Origin: a virus
Virus record (IMG/VR): IMGVR_UViG_3300025728_000009
Span: 27,286 to 91,285 of that record
Length of the DNA stretch: 64,000 nucleotides
Strand: one strand, 5' to 3'
The notes under the pieces were generated by a model that worked only from the letters and a program-made list of their open reading frames with translations, had not been told where the DNA came from and did not search any database. The translations under genes and the position numbers were made by a program. Below, piece by piece: positions 17,944-28,398 of the stretch (positions are counted from its first letter, which is position 1; each line of letters begins with the position of its first letter).

Positions 17944-19015
17944 ACAATACACAGCAATCATTGACGTTGACACTCTCATAATCCATGCTGCATTGGCTGG
18001 ACAAGAAACAAGTGTTCTGGTCACACATAAAGAGACCAATTGGAGTAAAGTCTTTAACAACCAAACGGCCTTCTTTGGGCACTTTAAAAAGAAAGAGGGA
18101 GGATGGCTTGCTGGAGTAAATGTAAATAAGATTGAAAAAGGTCTTGATCCTGTCTCACCGGATGCTTTTGAAATTACACCAATTGTCACAAAGCTTGATG
18201 ATCAGTACACAGAAGATGGAACTGTAATCACAGCAGAGACAGTTGTTAAAGGCAGGTTCAAGAATAAGATTGAAGCTATCACTAATCAAGATTGGTGCAA
18301 AGACTTTAAGATTTGTTTTGGTACTGGTAAGAACTTTCGCTATGATATTGCACAGACTCAACCTTATAAGAATGAACGTCCTGTGAAACCTTTGTTGTAC
18401 GAAGTTGTCAAAGAGTATATGCTTTGGAAGTACAAAGATAAGATGGTCATTGTTGATCAGGTCGAGACAGATGAGATTGTTACACAGGAACTCTGGAAAG
18501 GCTGGATCAAAGCTAAACGAGACTTTAATAAGCTTGATGTTGTCGGTGTGTGGTGTGATAAAGATTTGGCTCAGTTCGCTCAGCTTCACTACAACTTTGA
18601 TAAACCAGAACTTGGCTTAGTAAAGATCGAACCACTAGAAGCAATTAAGAACCTAGCCGTACAACACCTTAAAGGTGATACAATCGACTCTGTACCCGGA
18701 CTCCCAGCATTGCCAGAAGAAATGTATAAAGAGTATTCTCTGCGTAAAACTAAAGGTATTGGGGAGACTACAGCACGAGGCGTACTAGCATCAGCAAACT
18801 CTCCTAAAGAGGTTTTTGAACGTGTTATTGCCGCATACAAAGGGCACTACGGAGAGGAAAAACAACCATTCACATCATTCCGTGGTGAAGAGTCTGAGAG
18901 GGATTGGTTGGATCATTTGAATGAACAGTTTAGACTTCTTAGAATGCGTACTGATGTGACTAAGGATGTTGGGCATGTTAAAGACTTTCTAAAAGCAATG
19001 GAGATTAATGTATGA
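17933..19015 (+). CDS. T7 gp6-like 5'-3' exonuclease / RNase H
   Basis: IDVD, NFRY...PYK.ER, ETDE, DKDL.Q, GDTIDSVPG, GIGETTA; start moved to 17933. Confidence 0.88.
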   Translation: MTSKQYTAIIDVDTLIIHAALAGQETSVLVTHKETNWSKVFNNQTAFFGHFKKKEGGWLAGVNVNKIEKGLDPVSPDAFEITPIVTKLDDQYTEDGTVITAETVVKGRFKNKIEAITNQDWCKDFKICFGTGKNFRYDIAQTQPYKNERPVKPLLYEVVKEYMLWKYKDKMVIVDQVETDEIVTQELWKGWIKAKRDFNKLDVVGVWCDKDLAQFAQLHYNFDKPELGLVKIEPLEAIKNLAVQHLKGDTIDSVPGLPALPEEMYKEYSLRKTKGIGETTARGVLASANSPKEVFERVIAAYKGHYGEEKQPFTSFRGEESERDWLDHLNEQFRLLRMRTDVTKDVGHVKDFLKAMEINV

Positions 19016-19353
19016 ATAAGATTACCGAAGATTACCTGCTGGAATACGTATCAGACGTTGGTGAGTTTGAAAAAGAGCATCGTAAATATTCTTCTTTCTA
19101 CTGCACTGTTACACACCGAATCACCCAAGAAGATGTCGAAGCTTTGGCTGAAGATGACGTAGATGCAAGTGACTTCCTGAACGTATTGATTACACGTAAT
19201 GGTATGTGGAGTGATAGTGACGGTACAGATTGGGATAGTGTTACTTACGAGAAGCTGCAAGAATATCAAGAGCTTGTTCCAGAAGTTGTGATTGCGGAAC
19301 ATTGGGTGACTAAGTATAAGACTTCGGCTTTTAAGCCTGTGTTTGTAGAATGA
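19012..19353 (+). CDS. hypothetical protein
   Basis: ORF; GGAG SD. Confidence 0.75.
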   Translation: MNKITEDYLLEYVSDVGEFEKEHRKYSSFYCTVTHRITQEDVEALAEDDVDASDFLNVLITRNGMWSDSDGTDWDSVTYEKLQEYQELVPEVVIAEHWVTKYKTSAFKPVFVE

Positions 19354-19363
19354 GAGGTCTTGA

Positions 19364-19957
19364 GTGATCCCATCACAAGCTGACATAGACAAACGTAAAA
19401 AGAACTTAGAAAAACTCTTAAAGCAAATTGATAAAGAGACAGGGAAGTCAATTGAGTGTAAGATGCTTACTGTTGTTCGTGGCGCTATCCGTAAATCTTG
19501 GATGTCAAGTCCTACAAAACTCTCTTATCTAGAGCTGGGCATTGAACCAGACATGGACGACACAAACCGTAGGAAGTGGAAATGCCAGTGCGAGATTTGC
19601 AAAGAATGGTTTAAGCTTGCTGATATTCAGATCGACCACATTGATGGGCATAATACTTTCACACAGAAGTCAGATTTTGAAAGTTATTTTGACAGCATCT
19701 TGATGGTAGGGTATGATGGACTCCAGCGGCTTTGTATAGATTGCCATGCTGTGAAGACTTATGCTGACGCTCACAGCCTTACTTTCGAGCAAGCTGAGAA
19801 GGAGAAAGGTGTAATTAAGATTATTAACCTTACAGCAGCAGCACAGAAGAAGTGGCTGAAAGATAAGGGTGTTAAACCGGGATCTAATGAAGAGATTAGA
19901 CGTAATCAAATTCGTAATGTTTTAGAACAGGAGAAAGATAATGATCGATGTAATTAG
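19364..19957 (+). CDS. HNH endonuclease (replication-module type)
   Basis: CEIC...IQIDHI...LQRLCIDCH..KT. Confidence 0.8.
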   Translation: MIPSQADIDKRKKNLEKLLKQIDKETGKSIECKMLTVVRGAIRKSWMSSPTKLSYLELGIEPDMDDTNRRKWKCQCEICKEWFKLADIQIDHIDGHNTFTQKSDFESYFDSILMVGYDGLQRLCIDCHAVKTYADAHSLTFEQAEKEKGVIKIINLTAAAQKKWLKDKGVKPGSNEEIRRNQIRNVLEQEKDNDRCN

Positions 19958-20138
19958 AAAGATTTACTACGGTGATACAGGTTCCGGTGATTTTGCAGAA
20001 GTAACAGTTGACTCAATTGCTAACTATGCTGTCTTACTGGGTAACGAATCTATTACTGGTGATAAACGAACTGTCATTTATAAATCAGACATTGACAATC
20101 TTGTTGAAGCACTTCGTGAACTACAGGGGTATTTGTGA
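19941..20138 (+). CDS. hypothetical protein
   Basis: AGGAG SD; overlap. Confidence 0.65.
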   Translation: MIDVIRKIYYGDTGSGDFAEVTVDSIANYAVLLGNESITGDKRTVIYKSDIDNLVEALRELQGYL

Positions 20139-20353
20139 TGACTGACAAGAAACCTAAAGTTAACACCTTGGCCTACACCGAGCTTTCCATTCAAATTGCA
20201 ACTCTTTCAGCCAAAGTTGATAAGCTGCTTGAGTTGGCTATGAAGCAACAACAGCCTGTGAAGTATTGGGTATGTTCTGAAGATGGATCTCCCGGTAAAT
20301 GGGAAGAAAAGAATCTTTCTGATGATGAACAATTTGGAGAATCTTTTAAATGA
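20135..20353 (+). CDS. hypothetical protein
   Basis: ORF in train. Confidence 0.6.
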   Translation: MMTDKKPKVNTLAYTELSIQIATLSAKVDKLLELAMKQQQPVKYWVCSEDGSPGKWEEKNLSDDEQFGESFK

Positions 20354-20438
20354 ACTATTGGACAGCAACATTAACAGCAGAACTTATTCAGTTTGGTGCA
20401 TTTTTTAATATCTGGTGCTCAATCTTGGGGATTTAGTA

Positions 20439-20660
20439 ATGGGAGAATTAGTTGATCTATTTCCAAACAAACAAGTTACGGATAAACCAGTTCAACACAC
20501 TATATCTAAGTTAGACTTCTGGAAAGGTAGGAATGAGATTATAAGTCGTGACTTTCATTCGTTCAGCGTGTATCAGAAACAAGAGACACTTGATACAGTA
20601 TTAACAATCAATAACCAACTCTATGAATTGGTATTAAAACTTAAAGGGGAATTGGATTGA
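20439..20660 (+). CDS. hypothetical protein
   Basis: start moved to MGELVDLF. Confidence 0.55.
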   Translation: MGELVDLFPNKQVTDKPVQHTISKLDFWKGRNEIISRDFHSFSVYQKQETLDTVLTINNQLYELVLKLKGELD

Positions 20661-21592
20661 TTAGTAAAGAATGGCACAGTGAAGCATTGAGTCTTCGTGA
20701 TAAAGGTTTTAGTGGTCGAGCGATTGCTAATATCATTGGTAAGAGCAAGACTCAAGTTAATGATCTTTTTAAGTTTATGTTTGATAGTCGGCAAGAAGTG
20801 AATCTACATGCTCCTGATATCAAAGGGCCAAAGATTCTATTTATCGACATTGAGACGAAGCCCATCCTTGCCCACGTATGGCGATTGTTTGACCAGAACG
20901 TAGGCTTGAATCAAATCCAAGAAGACTGGGCGATACTCAGCTACTGCGCTAAATGGAAAGGTTCAGAAGATGTAATTTATGAGGATCTTGAAGGTTCACA
21001 AGACTTTGAAGATGACAGTAAACTTCTAGGCAGTCTTTGGAAACTCCTTAATGAAGCAGATATTGTGGTTGGTCAAAACAGTAAACGCTTCGATACAAAA
21101 AAGGTGGCAGCGAGATTGGTTATGAACGGCTATCCAAAGCCAAGCACTTATCGTCAGATTGATACGATGATTATTGCAAAGGCTCAGTTTGGTCTGACCA
21201 GCAACAAACTCCAATATTTAACGGATAAGTTGTGTACTCAGCATAAGAAATTGGATCACGGTAAGTTTGCCGGTCATTTACTTTGGTCTGAGTGCATGAA
21301 GAACAACCCCGCAGCTTGGGCAGAAATGCGTGAATACAATATTGCCGATGTCCTGAGTCTAGAAGAACTCTACGATTTGCTCAGTTCGTGGGACAACACA
21401 CTTCCTAACTTTGATGTGTATGTAGATGAAATTCTAGATATGTCTGTGTGGGAAGAGGATGGTTTCCATTACTCGAACGTAGGTAAATATAAGCGGTATC
21501 GGAATAAAATTACTGGTGTTCAACGGCGTTCTCGTGTTAATCTATTGCCGAAGGAAAAGAGGGACAGCTTGTTGTCTAATATTGCAGGGTAA
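20657..21592 (+). CDS. DnaQ/RNase H-like 3'-5' exonuclease with N-terminal HTH
   Basis: LFIDIET, GQNSKRFD, YNIADV; N-terminal GFSGRAIANIIGKSKTQV. Confidence 0.85.
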   Translation: MISKEWHSEALSLRDKGFSGRAIANIIGKSKTQVNDLFKFMFDSRQEVNLHAPDIKGPKILFIDIETKPILAHVWRLFDQNVGLNQIQEDWAILSYCAKWKGSEDVIYEDLEGSQDFEDDSKLLGSLWKLLNEADIVVGQNSKRFDTKKVAARLVMNGYPKPSTYRQIDTMIIAKAQFGLTSNKLQYLTDKLCTQHKKLDHGKFAGHLLWSECMKNNPAAWAEMREYNIADVLSLEELYDLLSSWDNTLPNFDVYVDEILDMSVWEEDGFHYSNVGKYKRYRNKITGVQRRSRVNLLPKEKRDSLLSNIAG

Positions 21593-21594
21593 AT

Positions 21595-21903
21595 ATGAGC
21601 ATTCACAACCGAGTACACGAAGCACACCGCTACACAGTCTTAGCTCAATTCAAAGAAAATAAATATCTTCCACAAACACCAGAGGGTCTGTTAGAATTCT
21701 TGTTTGATGAGGATAGTGAATACAGGATTTATTACTATGATGATCCATATACAAAGAACACAATTGGTCAACGATTGAATACTATGTGGATGCTTCCTCT
21801 CTGGTTTGTATGTGCCCCTTTCTTGTGGGTGTTTACAGGTGATACGGGGATTAATCAACACAGTAAGCTTGGTAAGTGGATTAGTAAGATGACAGGAGCT
21901 TAA
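21595..21903 (+). CDS. hypothetical membrane protein
   Basis: hydrophobic WMLPLWFVCAPFLWVF segment. Confidence 0.7.
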   Translation: MSIHNRVHEAHRYTVLAQFKENKYLPQTPEGLLEFLFDEDSEYRIYYYDDPYTKNTIGQRLNTMWMLPLWFVCAPFLWVFTGDTGINQHSKLGKWISKMTGA

Positions 21904-22037
21904 TATGGATTTTCGATTGTATGAACGAGTGAATACACTAGAGAAAGAACTTGACGATATGCGTTTGCTCGTTCATACTCTCAAACAAGAACAAAGCAAT
22001 ATGCTTGAACAAATTAAAAGATTGAAGGAGATTAATA

Positions 22038-22613
22038 GTGATGGCAGCGGAAAGTAACGAGTTTCAAATTGGAGATATCATAAAAACTAAAGACTTGGCT
22101 TGGGATCAGTACGCAAAAGAACTCCAGCGATTTGGATTTATGCGTGGTGCTACCTACGAAGTGTCTGGTGTATATAATAAAGGATTGACTATTTCTATTA
22201 AAGGAAGCTGGTCAAGCTATTACGCAAAATACTTTGAGTTGCATTGGGGAACTAAGGCAGAGAATGAATCCTCTATCGCACGCCCTGTACTTGAGGAACG
22301 TAAAGTTGGCAAAGTCCAGATGGACTTGTTCGATTCAGGCTTCCCCAATGCAATCACTGAAGTTGCAAAGGTAATGACATGGGCTGCTGAGAATAAAGGC
22401 TATAAACCTCATGATTGGAAAGGTCTTCCAAACGCCGAAACTGAATTCTCTGCTGCTGCTAGTCGTCATCGGGTAAAGGGTTTTATCCAGAAAGCTGAAG
22501 GTGTTGCAGCTATTGACAGGACGGATGAAGAGAGTAATATTGTCCACTTGGCTCATACTGCATTTAATATTCTTGCTGAACTTGAACTTGTTTTAACTGG
22601 TAAAATCAAATGA
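22038..22613 (+). CDS. protein with DUF5664-like (dATP/dGTP diphosphohydrolase-type) domain
   Basis: K.QMDL...EVAKVMTW...Y..HDWK...AA.RH...DEES...HLAH.AFN. Confidence 0.7.
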   Translation: MMAAESNEFQIGDIIKTKDLAWDQYAKELQRFGFMRGATYEVSGVYNKGLTISIKGSWSSYYAKYFELHWGTKAENESSIARPVLEERKVGKVQMDLFDSGFPNAITEVAKVMTWAAENKGYKPHDWKGLPNAETEFSAAASRHRVKGFIQKAEGVAAIDRTDEESNIVHLAHTAFNILAELELVLTGKIK

Positions 22614-22828
22614 AACAAAGTAGAATAGATTCAGTTAAAGAAGTGGTATGCAATACTGGTGTAGGAATGGTGGGATCATGGCTTATTACAATGGCTTGCC
22701 TGATGTTCTTCACTACACCAGTTGGGATTGCAACATCCACGACTCTAGGATGCACTTGCTGGAGTTTGATGAGAGGTTATGTTGTGAGACGATATTTTGA
22801 TTCAAAGCTAGAAACACAAATTAATTAA
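22610..22828 (+). CDS. small membrane protein
   Basis: QSR.DS..E...N..VG...S..RGY.VRR.F, two hydrophobic helices. Confidence 0.7.
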   Translation: MKQSRIDSVKEVVCNTGVGMVGSWLITMACLMFFTTPVGIATSTTLGCTCWSLMRGYVVRRYFDSKLETQIN

Positions 22829-22837
22829 GGAGAAGTT

Positions 22838-23323
22838 GTGAAAGATTTGCCAAAGCTTTACAAGAACATCGTAGATTGGAACAAGAAGGCAGGTAGCCGA
22901 TATGAACCATTTGATACAGTGGAGTGGTGGAGTAAGATGGAACTTCAATCAAACCTCCTGAAAGAAGAGTCTAGTGAAGTTGGTGAAGCTGTAGAGTATT
23001 GTGATGCTGAAAACCTTCTAGCTGAAGCCTGTGATGTTTTTGTAATCTGGTCTTACCTTGCTAACCAGTTGGAGAAAGCTGGTTATGATGTCCAAGGTGC
23101 AATTGAAGAGATTGGTCGGGTAAATAACACAAAGATTTTCAATACTTATTCTGAAGCTTCTGATACACTAACGTGGTATGAATCTAAAGGCGAGGAAGGC
23201 TATTATATTGAAGAGTCTTACTTGAACAATCTTCCTTACTACACTGTTCGGAACAAGAATGGTAAAGTAGTTAAACCAAAGGACTTTGTTAAGGTAGTTT
23301 TGAAGGGGTATGTACCTAAATGA
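22838..23323 (+). CDS. MazG-like NTP pyrophosphohydrolase
   Basis: EESSE...EACD metal motif; N..K and NGKVVKP tail. Confidence 0.75.
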   Translation: MKDLPKLYKNIVDWNKKAGSRYEPFDTVEWWSKMELQSNLLKEESSEVGEAVEYCDAENLLAEACDVFVIWSYLANQLEKAGYDVQGAIEEIGRVNNTKIFNTYSEASDTLTWYESKGEEGYYIEESYLNNLPYYTVRNKNGKVVKPKDFVKVVLKGYVPK

Positions 23324-23467
23324 ACAAAGAACAAACAATGAATTGGAAGCTTGACGTAACAACAAAAGAATATTATTATCGTCTGGTTGACACAGGACAT
23401 GCGTGGGAGTTCTACCCAGAATTGCCGGGTAGTTGGGAAGAATGTAAAGTAATTTTGGAGGAAGAGA

Positions 23468-24439
23468 ATGAGTGACCAAGTAAGTGCAAAAGTAATTGCT
23501 CACAGTAAAGCCAAGGAGACAGGTAAAGAAGTCATTACATTTGAGCTTGAGTTTCCACGGATTGTTTTGGCTGAGTTCAATACACACAATGCTCTGTCAA
23601 AGAATTCCAGTTCCTCCCGTGCTATTCCTGTACAAACGATGTTGGCACAAGTACGAGATGATCCGGCAATGCCTGTACGCTTCGGAAAGAAGAATAAAGG
23701 CATGCAAGATGCTGGAGAGCATGATGGGTTAGTTGACCTTTGGAATGATTACTTAGATGATTCTGAGGCTTATGGTGCAGAAGATGCTTGGCGAATGGCT
23801 GCCCAAAGTGCAGCAAGTTTTGCAGGTGCATTTGACGAAGCCGGTTATGCTAAACAAATCTGTAATCGTTTGATTGAACCGTTCCAACGAATGAAAGTTG
23901 TAATGACTGCTACAGAGCTAGCAAATTTTCTTTGGTTGCGTGATCATCCAGCAGCAGATCCAACTATCGAAGCTTTGGCACAGAAGATTAAGAAAGCTTA
24001 TATTAACTCTGGAGCGGTTGAACTTGATGTAGGTGACTGGCATGTACCTTATTTTTGTGGGAGTTGGGGTAAGGGTGTTTGGAAGAAAGGGCTTGAAGTA
24101 GAAAGCCTTCAAGACGCTTTGGACATTAGCGCTAGTTGTGCAGCACAAGTTTCTTACAGGAAGTTAGATGATAGTGCAGAAAAGGCTAAGTCTGTTGTTG
24201 ATCGGTTGAACTTGGGTGTTGACATTACTGAGCCAATGCATGTTTCTCCAACGGAACACCAATGTACACCAATTGGTCAGCCAGATTTATATGGTAAAGT
24301 TAATCACCCTTTCAATCCAAACACTTGGCAAGAAGGTGTGACACACGTTAAAAAGAATGGTACACTTTGTTCAGGCAACCTAGAAGGGTTTGTTCAGTAC
24401 CGGAAACTTATTCCCGGTAATTGCTACGGAGAGAAATAA
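23468..24439 (+). CDS. thyX: flavin-dependent thymidylate synthase (ThyX-like)
   Basis: FELEFPR...EFNTH..S.NSSSSRAIP; KQICNRLIEPF; NFLWLRDH. Confidence 0.85.
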   Translation: MSDQVSAKVIAHSKAKETGKEVITFELEFPRIVLAEFNTHNALSKNSSSSRAIPVQTMLAQVRDDPAMPVRFGKKNKGMQDAGEHDGLVDLWNDYLDDSEAYGAEDAWRMAAQSAASFAGAFDEAGYAKQICNRLIEPFQRMKVVMTATELANFLWLRDHPAADPTIEALAQKIKKAYINSGAVELDVGDWHVPYFCGSWGKGVWKKGLEVESLQDALDISASCAAQVSYRKLDDSAEKAKSVVDRLNLGVDITEPMHVSPTEHQCTPIGQPDLYGKVNHPFNPNTWQEGVTHVKKNGTLCSGNLEGFVQYRKLIPGNCYGEK

Positions 24440-24440
24440 A

Positions 24441-24641
24441 ATGAGCTTTGAAAACAATAGTGACTCGCCAATTGAATTCTTTATTTTGGAAGTTGCATCA
24501 CTGATGGCAATTAGGGAGGGTATTGCTCACCGAGAGGCACATGTAAAGATTCTTGAAACATTATCAGAGTGGGTTTTCTTATATGAGTCAGGCTTGACCG
24601 CAAAGCTTTCTTATAATAAATTTCGGAGTAGTAGTGTATGA
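24441..24641 (+). CDS. hypothetical protein
   Basis: start moved to MSFENN behind GGAGAG SD. Confidence 0.55.
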   Translation: MSFENNSDSPIEFFILEVASLMAIREGIAHREAHVKILETLSEWVFLYESGLTAKLSYNKFRSSSV

Positions 24642-24801
24642 AAGAACTTATCATTGATTCAGTAGATGATGGTTGTGAAGGGTTTCTGCGAATCGTTGTA
24701 GATGGGGAAAAGATTCAGTCCGACTGTCCTTATAACTTCTTTGACCAGCTTCTTACGGCACTTGGCTTTAATGCAGTTTATAATAATATTGAGGAAGACG
24801 T

Positions 24802-25173
24802 ATGATTGGTTACAGCCTAAGCTTGTCAGATATGTTGTTGGTAGAAGGTTTCAAAGAGGCTTTTGGGGAAGACAATAAAGAACTAATTAATAAGTATCTT
24901 TATGATAACGGGATGGATTGCACTCTTGGTGTAGATGAGGTAGTATGCCGACATCGTAATCTTCGCGGGCAAGTTGTTAATTGCCTTCGTTGGGAAGCAC
25001 ACGAGCGGGATGATCCAAACTGGATGTCTGGGGATGGTTGCTCTTGGGATAATAAAATTGAGAACAGCAGCCTTGACCTTCGCATTCAACTAAAGAATAT
25101 GGGCAAGATTTTGAATACTGGAGACTTCTGTGATTATGCTGAACGTCATGGTATTCAGTCGGATAGTAAATAA
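24802..25173 (+). CDS. hypothetical protein
   Basis: 123 aa ORF; GAGGA SD. Confidence 0.75.
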   Translation: MIGYSLSLSDMLLVEGFKEAFGEDNKELINKYLYDNGMDCTLGVDEVVCRHRNLRGQVVNCLRWEAHERDDPNWMSGDGCSWDNKIENSSLDLRIQLKNMGKILNTGDFCDYAERHGIQSDSK

Positions 25174-25187
25174 TTAAGGGGAATGTT

Positions 25188-27356
25188 TTGAAAGTAACAA
25201 AACGAACTGGGGTGTCGGAAGTTTTTGAAGTAGAGAAGATTAAGAAAGTTGTTCATTGGGCGTGTGAGGGTTTGGAGGTCAATCCTCTGGCCCTTGAATC
25301 TAAGTTTGATGAGTTCCTTTTTGATGGAATTAGCTCTAAACAACTTCAAGCCAATATTATTGACAATGCTAAGACTCTAGCAACTCCACAAGAACCTGAC
25401 TGGGTATTTGTTGCTGGTCGTCTTGAGACTATGAATCGTTGGGCTGAAACACGGACTTATGAAATCCCGTTCCTTGAGTTCGTGAAAGAACAAGAAGTGC
25501 TTGGTTTCTGGACTCATGAAATGTTCAAACAATATTCTGATGAGGACATTGAAGAGCTTGGTGAGTACATTGTACAAGAGCGTGACCTTGACCATTCAAT
25601 TGCATCTGTTCTGACAGCGAAGAGTAAATATCTTCTACCTAATGAATGTATCCAACACATGTTCATGGGTAACGCAATGATTATTGCTGGGCCTGAAGAA
25701 CAAGATAAAGTTGGTTTTGCTAAGAAAGTATATGATGCATTGAGCGAACGTAAGATCAGCCTTGCAACCCCTTGGCTTAGTAACCTTCGTAACGCTGGTA
25801 ATATTAGTAGCTGCTTCATTATTTCGGTTGATGATAATATCCATTCGATTTATGACAACCTGAAGAATGCGGCTCTGGTAAGTAAGAATGGTGGTGGACT
25901 AGGTGTGGACCTTGCTCGTGTTCGTTGCCGTGGTAGTAAGTTGATGGGGCAAGAGGGTGGAAGTGGTGGTATTATTGGATGGGTAAAACTGTTTAACGAT
26001 ACAGCAGTCAGTGTGAATCAGGGTGGTAAACGAGCTGGCGCTTTCACCGTAGCTGTGCCTATTTGGCACGGGGATGTGGATGTCTACTTGGATGTACAGA
26101 CTGAAGCTGGTGATCAACGCCTTAAAGCCCATGACATCAAAACTCAAGTTGGTATCTATGACTTGTTCATGGAAACAAAGAATGATTCAACTAAAGAGTG
26201 GTATACATTCTGCCCTTATGAAGTAGAAGAGAAACTCGGTATTCAGTTGTTCTCTGTGTTTGGTGAAGAGTTTAATCAAGCTTATAACACTTGTGTACTT
26301 GCAGCAGATCAAGGGAAGCTCAAGACGGTTCGTAAACACAATGCTAAAGAACTGTGGAAGAAAGTGTTGCGTGTTCAGTTTGAAACAGGGATGCCTTATG
26401 TTGCTTTCTTAGATGAGATCAACAAGCATAATCCAAACAAACATATTGGCAACATCCCTTGTGTAAACCTTTGCACTGAATCGTTTAGTGTTGTGATTCC
26501 AGACAAACTTAGCCATACATGCAACTTGGCAAGTTTGGTCGTTGGTCGTATTACTCTGGAGCAACTGGTAGAGTCTGCAGCACTGGCAACACGGATTCTG
26601 GATAATGGTATTGCGCTGACTAAGGCACCAACGAAAGAGAGTGAAGATCATAATAACCTTCTTCGCACAATTGGTGTTGGGATTCAGGGATATGCTGACC
26701 TAATTGCTCGGGAAAATAAGAGCTTTCTAGACGTTGAGTTCGCAAGCTTGGTGGCAGAGTCAATTGAGTACGGATGCGTCTCTGAGAGTGTAAAACTCGC
26801 TAAAGAACGTGGTCCTTATCCGGCTTTTGAAGGTAGCGAGTGGAGTAATGGTAATCGAGTATCTACTTTCATCAGTAATGCAAGTGGTCGTTACGATTGG
26901 GTAGAACAACAGAACCAGATTGATTTGTTTGGTATTCGGAATAGTCAACTAACTAGCCCAGCACCGAACACAAGCACTTCAATTTTCATGGATGCTGCTG
27001 CTAGTATGATGCCTGTGTACAGTGCCTTCTTTTATGAAGATAACCGTGACGGTTTGAATCCAGTTACATCAATGTACTTGAAAGAGAATCCACTTAGCTA
27101 CGCTCGTGATATTACTAAATTCAAACCTTGGGATTTGACGAAAACAGTTGGTGCAATGCAGAAATGGATTGACACAGGAATCTCAGCAGAGTATGTGATG
27201 GATAAAAACCAAACAGGCTTCAGTGCTAAATGGTTGTGGGATACTCATGAAAGTGCTTGGACCAACAAGAATAAAGCTGTATACTACATCCGCACCGTGA
27301 AGCAAGGTGAACGATTAATTAAAGATGCAGTGGACTGTGTAGGCTGCGCTGGGTGA
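25188..27356 (+). CDS. nrdA: class I ribonucleotide reductase alpha subunit with ATP cone
   Basis: VTKRTG..E ATP cone; SSCF, NLCTE, CNLAS, APNTSTS, YYIR, C-terminal CVGC. Confidence 0.96.
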   Translation: MKVTKRTGVSEVFEVEKIKKVVHWACEGLEVNPLALESKFDEFLFDGISSKQLQANIIDNAKTLATPQEPDWVFVAGRLETMNRWAETRTYEIPFLEFVKEQEVLGFWTHEMFKQYSDEDIEELGEYIVQERDLDHSIASVLTAKSKYLLPNECIQHMFMGNAMIIAGPEEQDKVGFAKKVYDALSERKISLATPWLSNLRNAGNISSCFIISVDDNIHSIYDNLKNAALVSKNGGGLGVDLARVRCRGSKLMGQEGGSGGIIGWVKLFNDTAVSVNQGGKRAGAFTVAVPIWHGDVDVYLDVQTEAGDQRLKAHDIKTQVGIYDLFMETKNDSTKEWYTFCPYEVEEKLGIQLFSVFGEEFNQAYNTCVLAADQGKLKTVRKHNAKELWKKVLRVQFETGMPYVAFLDEINKHNPNKHIGNIPCVNLCTESFSVVIPDKLSHTCNLASLVVGRITLEQLVESAALATRILDNGIALTKAPTKESEDHNNLLRTIGVGIQGYADLIARENKSFLDVEFASLVAESIEYGCVSESVKLAKERGPYPAFEGSEWSNGNRVSTFISNASGRYDWVEQQNQIDLFGIRNSQLTSPAPNTSTSIFMDAAASMMPVYSAFFYEDNRDGLNPVTSMYLKENPLSYARDITKFKPWDLTKTVGAMQKWIDTGISAEYVMDKNQTGFSAKWLWDTHESAWTNKNKAVYYIRTVKQGERLIKDAVDCVGCAG

Positions 27357-27370
27357 ATTAAGGAGAAAAG

Positions 27371-28390
27371 ATGAAGTTGAAAGCAACCCCGCTGTTCAAT
27401 GAGAACGGCGGTGATGGATACGAGGACCAAGAGATTATCAATGGTAATCCAACGGGTATTGCAAACCTTAATAATGTACGCTACTCGTGGGTAAATCCTT
27501 TGTACCGCACTATGGTTGGCAACTTCTGGGTTCCGCAGAAAGTGAGTCTGGTTGAGGATCGAATTACTTTATCTGAGTTGGATGAACAAGAAGAGGAAGC
27601 TGTTCGTAAGACACTTTCATTCTTGATCTTTCTTGATTCTTTCCAAGTTAATAACCTACCTAACGTGGCAGAGTTCATTACTTGTCCGGGTGTTAAGAAC
27701 CTTCTTGCGGTACAGGCTTTTCAAGAAGTGATTCACAGTGAAACTTATCAGTATATCTTGGAAGCTCTATATCCAAGCATGAAGCGTGACGAGATTTACA
27801 ACATGTGGCGTACCCATGAACCACTGCGTAAACGTATTAAGTTTATCTCTGACATTGCACAGAAGTTTGTAGATAACAAAGATAAAGATTCATTTATTGA
27901 TGTGGTGATTGCTAACTTTATTCTTGAGGGTTTGTACTTCTATCAGGGGTTTGGTTACTTCCATCAGCTTGCACACCGTAAGAAGTTGGTGCAGACAGAC
28001 AAGGAAATCACATACATCCAAACAGATGAACTGACTCACATGGGTATTTTTATTAATATCTTGAAAGAGTTGGGTGTTGAGCAATACAAGGAACGTATTA
28101 TTGACATGTTCAAGCAAGCTGTTGAACAAGAGATTGAATGGTGTCATGATGTTTATGGGGATAAGATACTTGGTATCTCTAAGAAATCATCTGAGCAATA
28201 TGTGAAGTGGTTGTGTAATGATCGCCTTGGTCGGTTGGGTATTCCAGAGGTTTATGAGGGTGTTGATAATCCTTACAAGCATATTGAGAATGCTTCAAAG
28301 CAAGGTGCTACCCGAGGTAATTTTTTTGAATCCTCTGCAATCACTAGCTATGACACATCTGAATCTGTGGATGGTTGGGATGATTTGTAA
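27371..28390 (+). CDS. nrdB: class Ia ribonucleotide reductase beta subunit
   Basis: NFWVP, LDSFQ, EVIHSETY (radical Tyr), LEGLYFY, DELTH, NFFE. Confidence 0.96.
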   Translation: MKLKATPLFNENGGDGYEDQEIINGNPTGIANLNNVRYSWVNPLYRTMVGNFWVPQKVSLVEDRITLSELDEQEEEAVRKTLSFLIFLDSFQVNNLPNVAEFITCPGVKNLLAVQAFQEVIHSETYQYILEALYPSMKRDEIYNMWRTHEPLRKRIKFISDIAQKFVDNKDKDSFIDVVIANFILEGLYFYQGFGYFHQLAHRKKLVQTDKEITYIQTDELTHMGIFINILKELGVEQYKERIIDMFKQAVEQEIEWCHDVYGDKILGISKKSSEQYVKWLCNDRLGRLGIPEVYEGVDNPYKHIENASKQGATRGNFFESSAITSYDTSESVDGWDDL

Positions 28391-28398
28391 AATAAAAT

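Noticed and set aside
22038-24439. Z-base or other DNA hypermodification pathway
   Set aside because: No PurZ, deazaguanine or hydroxymethylase genes recognised in the window
12672-27356. Introns or inteins in polA or nrdA
   Set aside because: Both ORFs are continuous, normal in length and have all motifs in order
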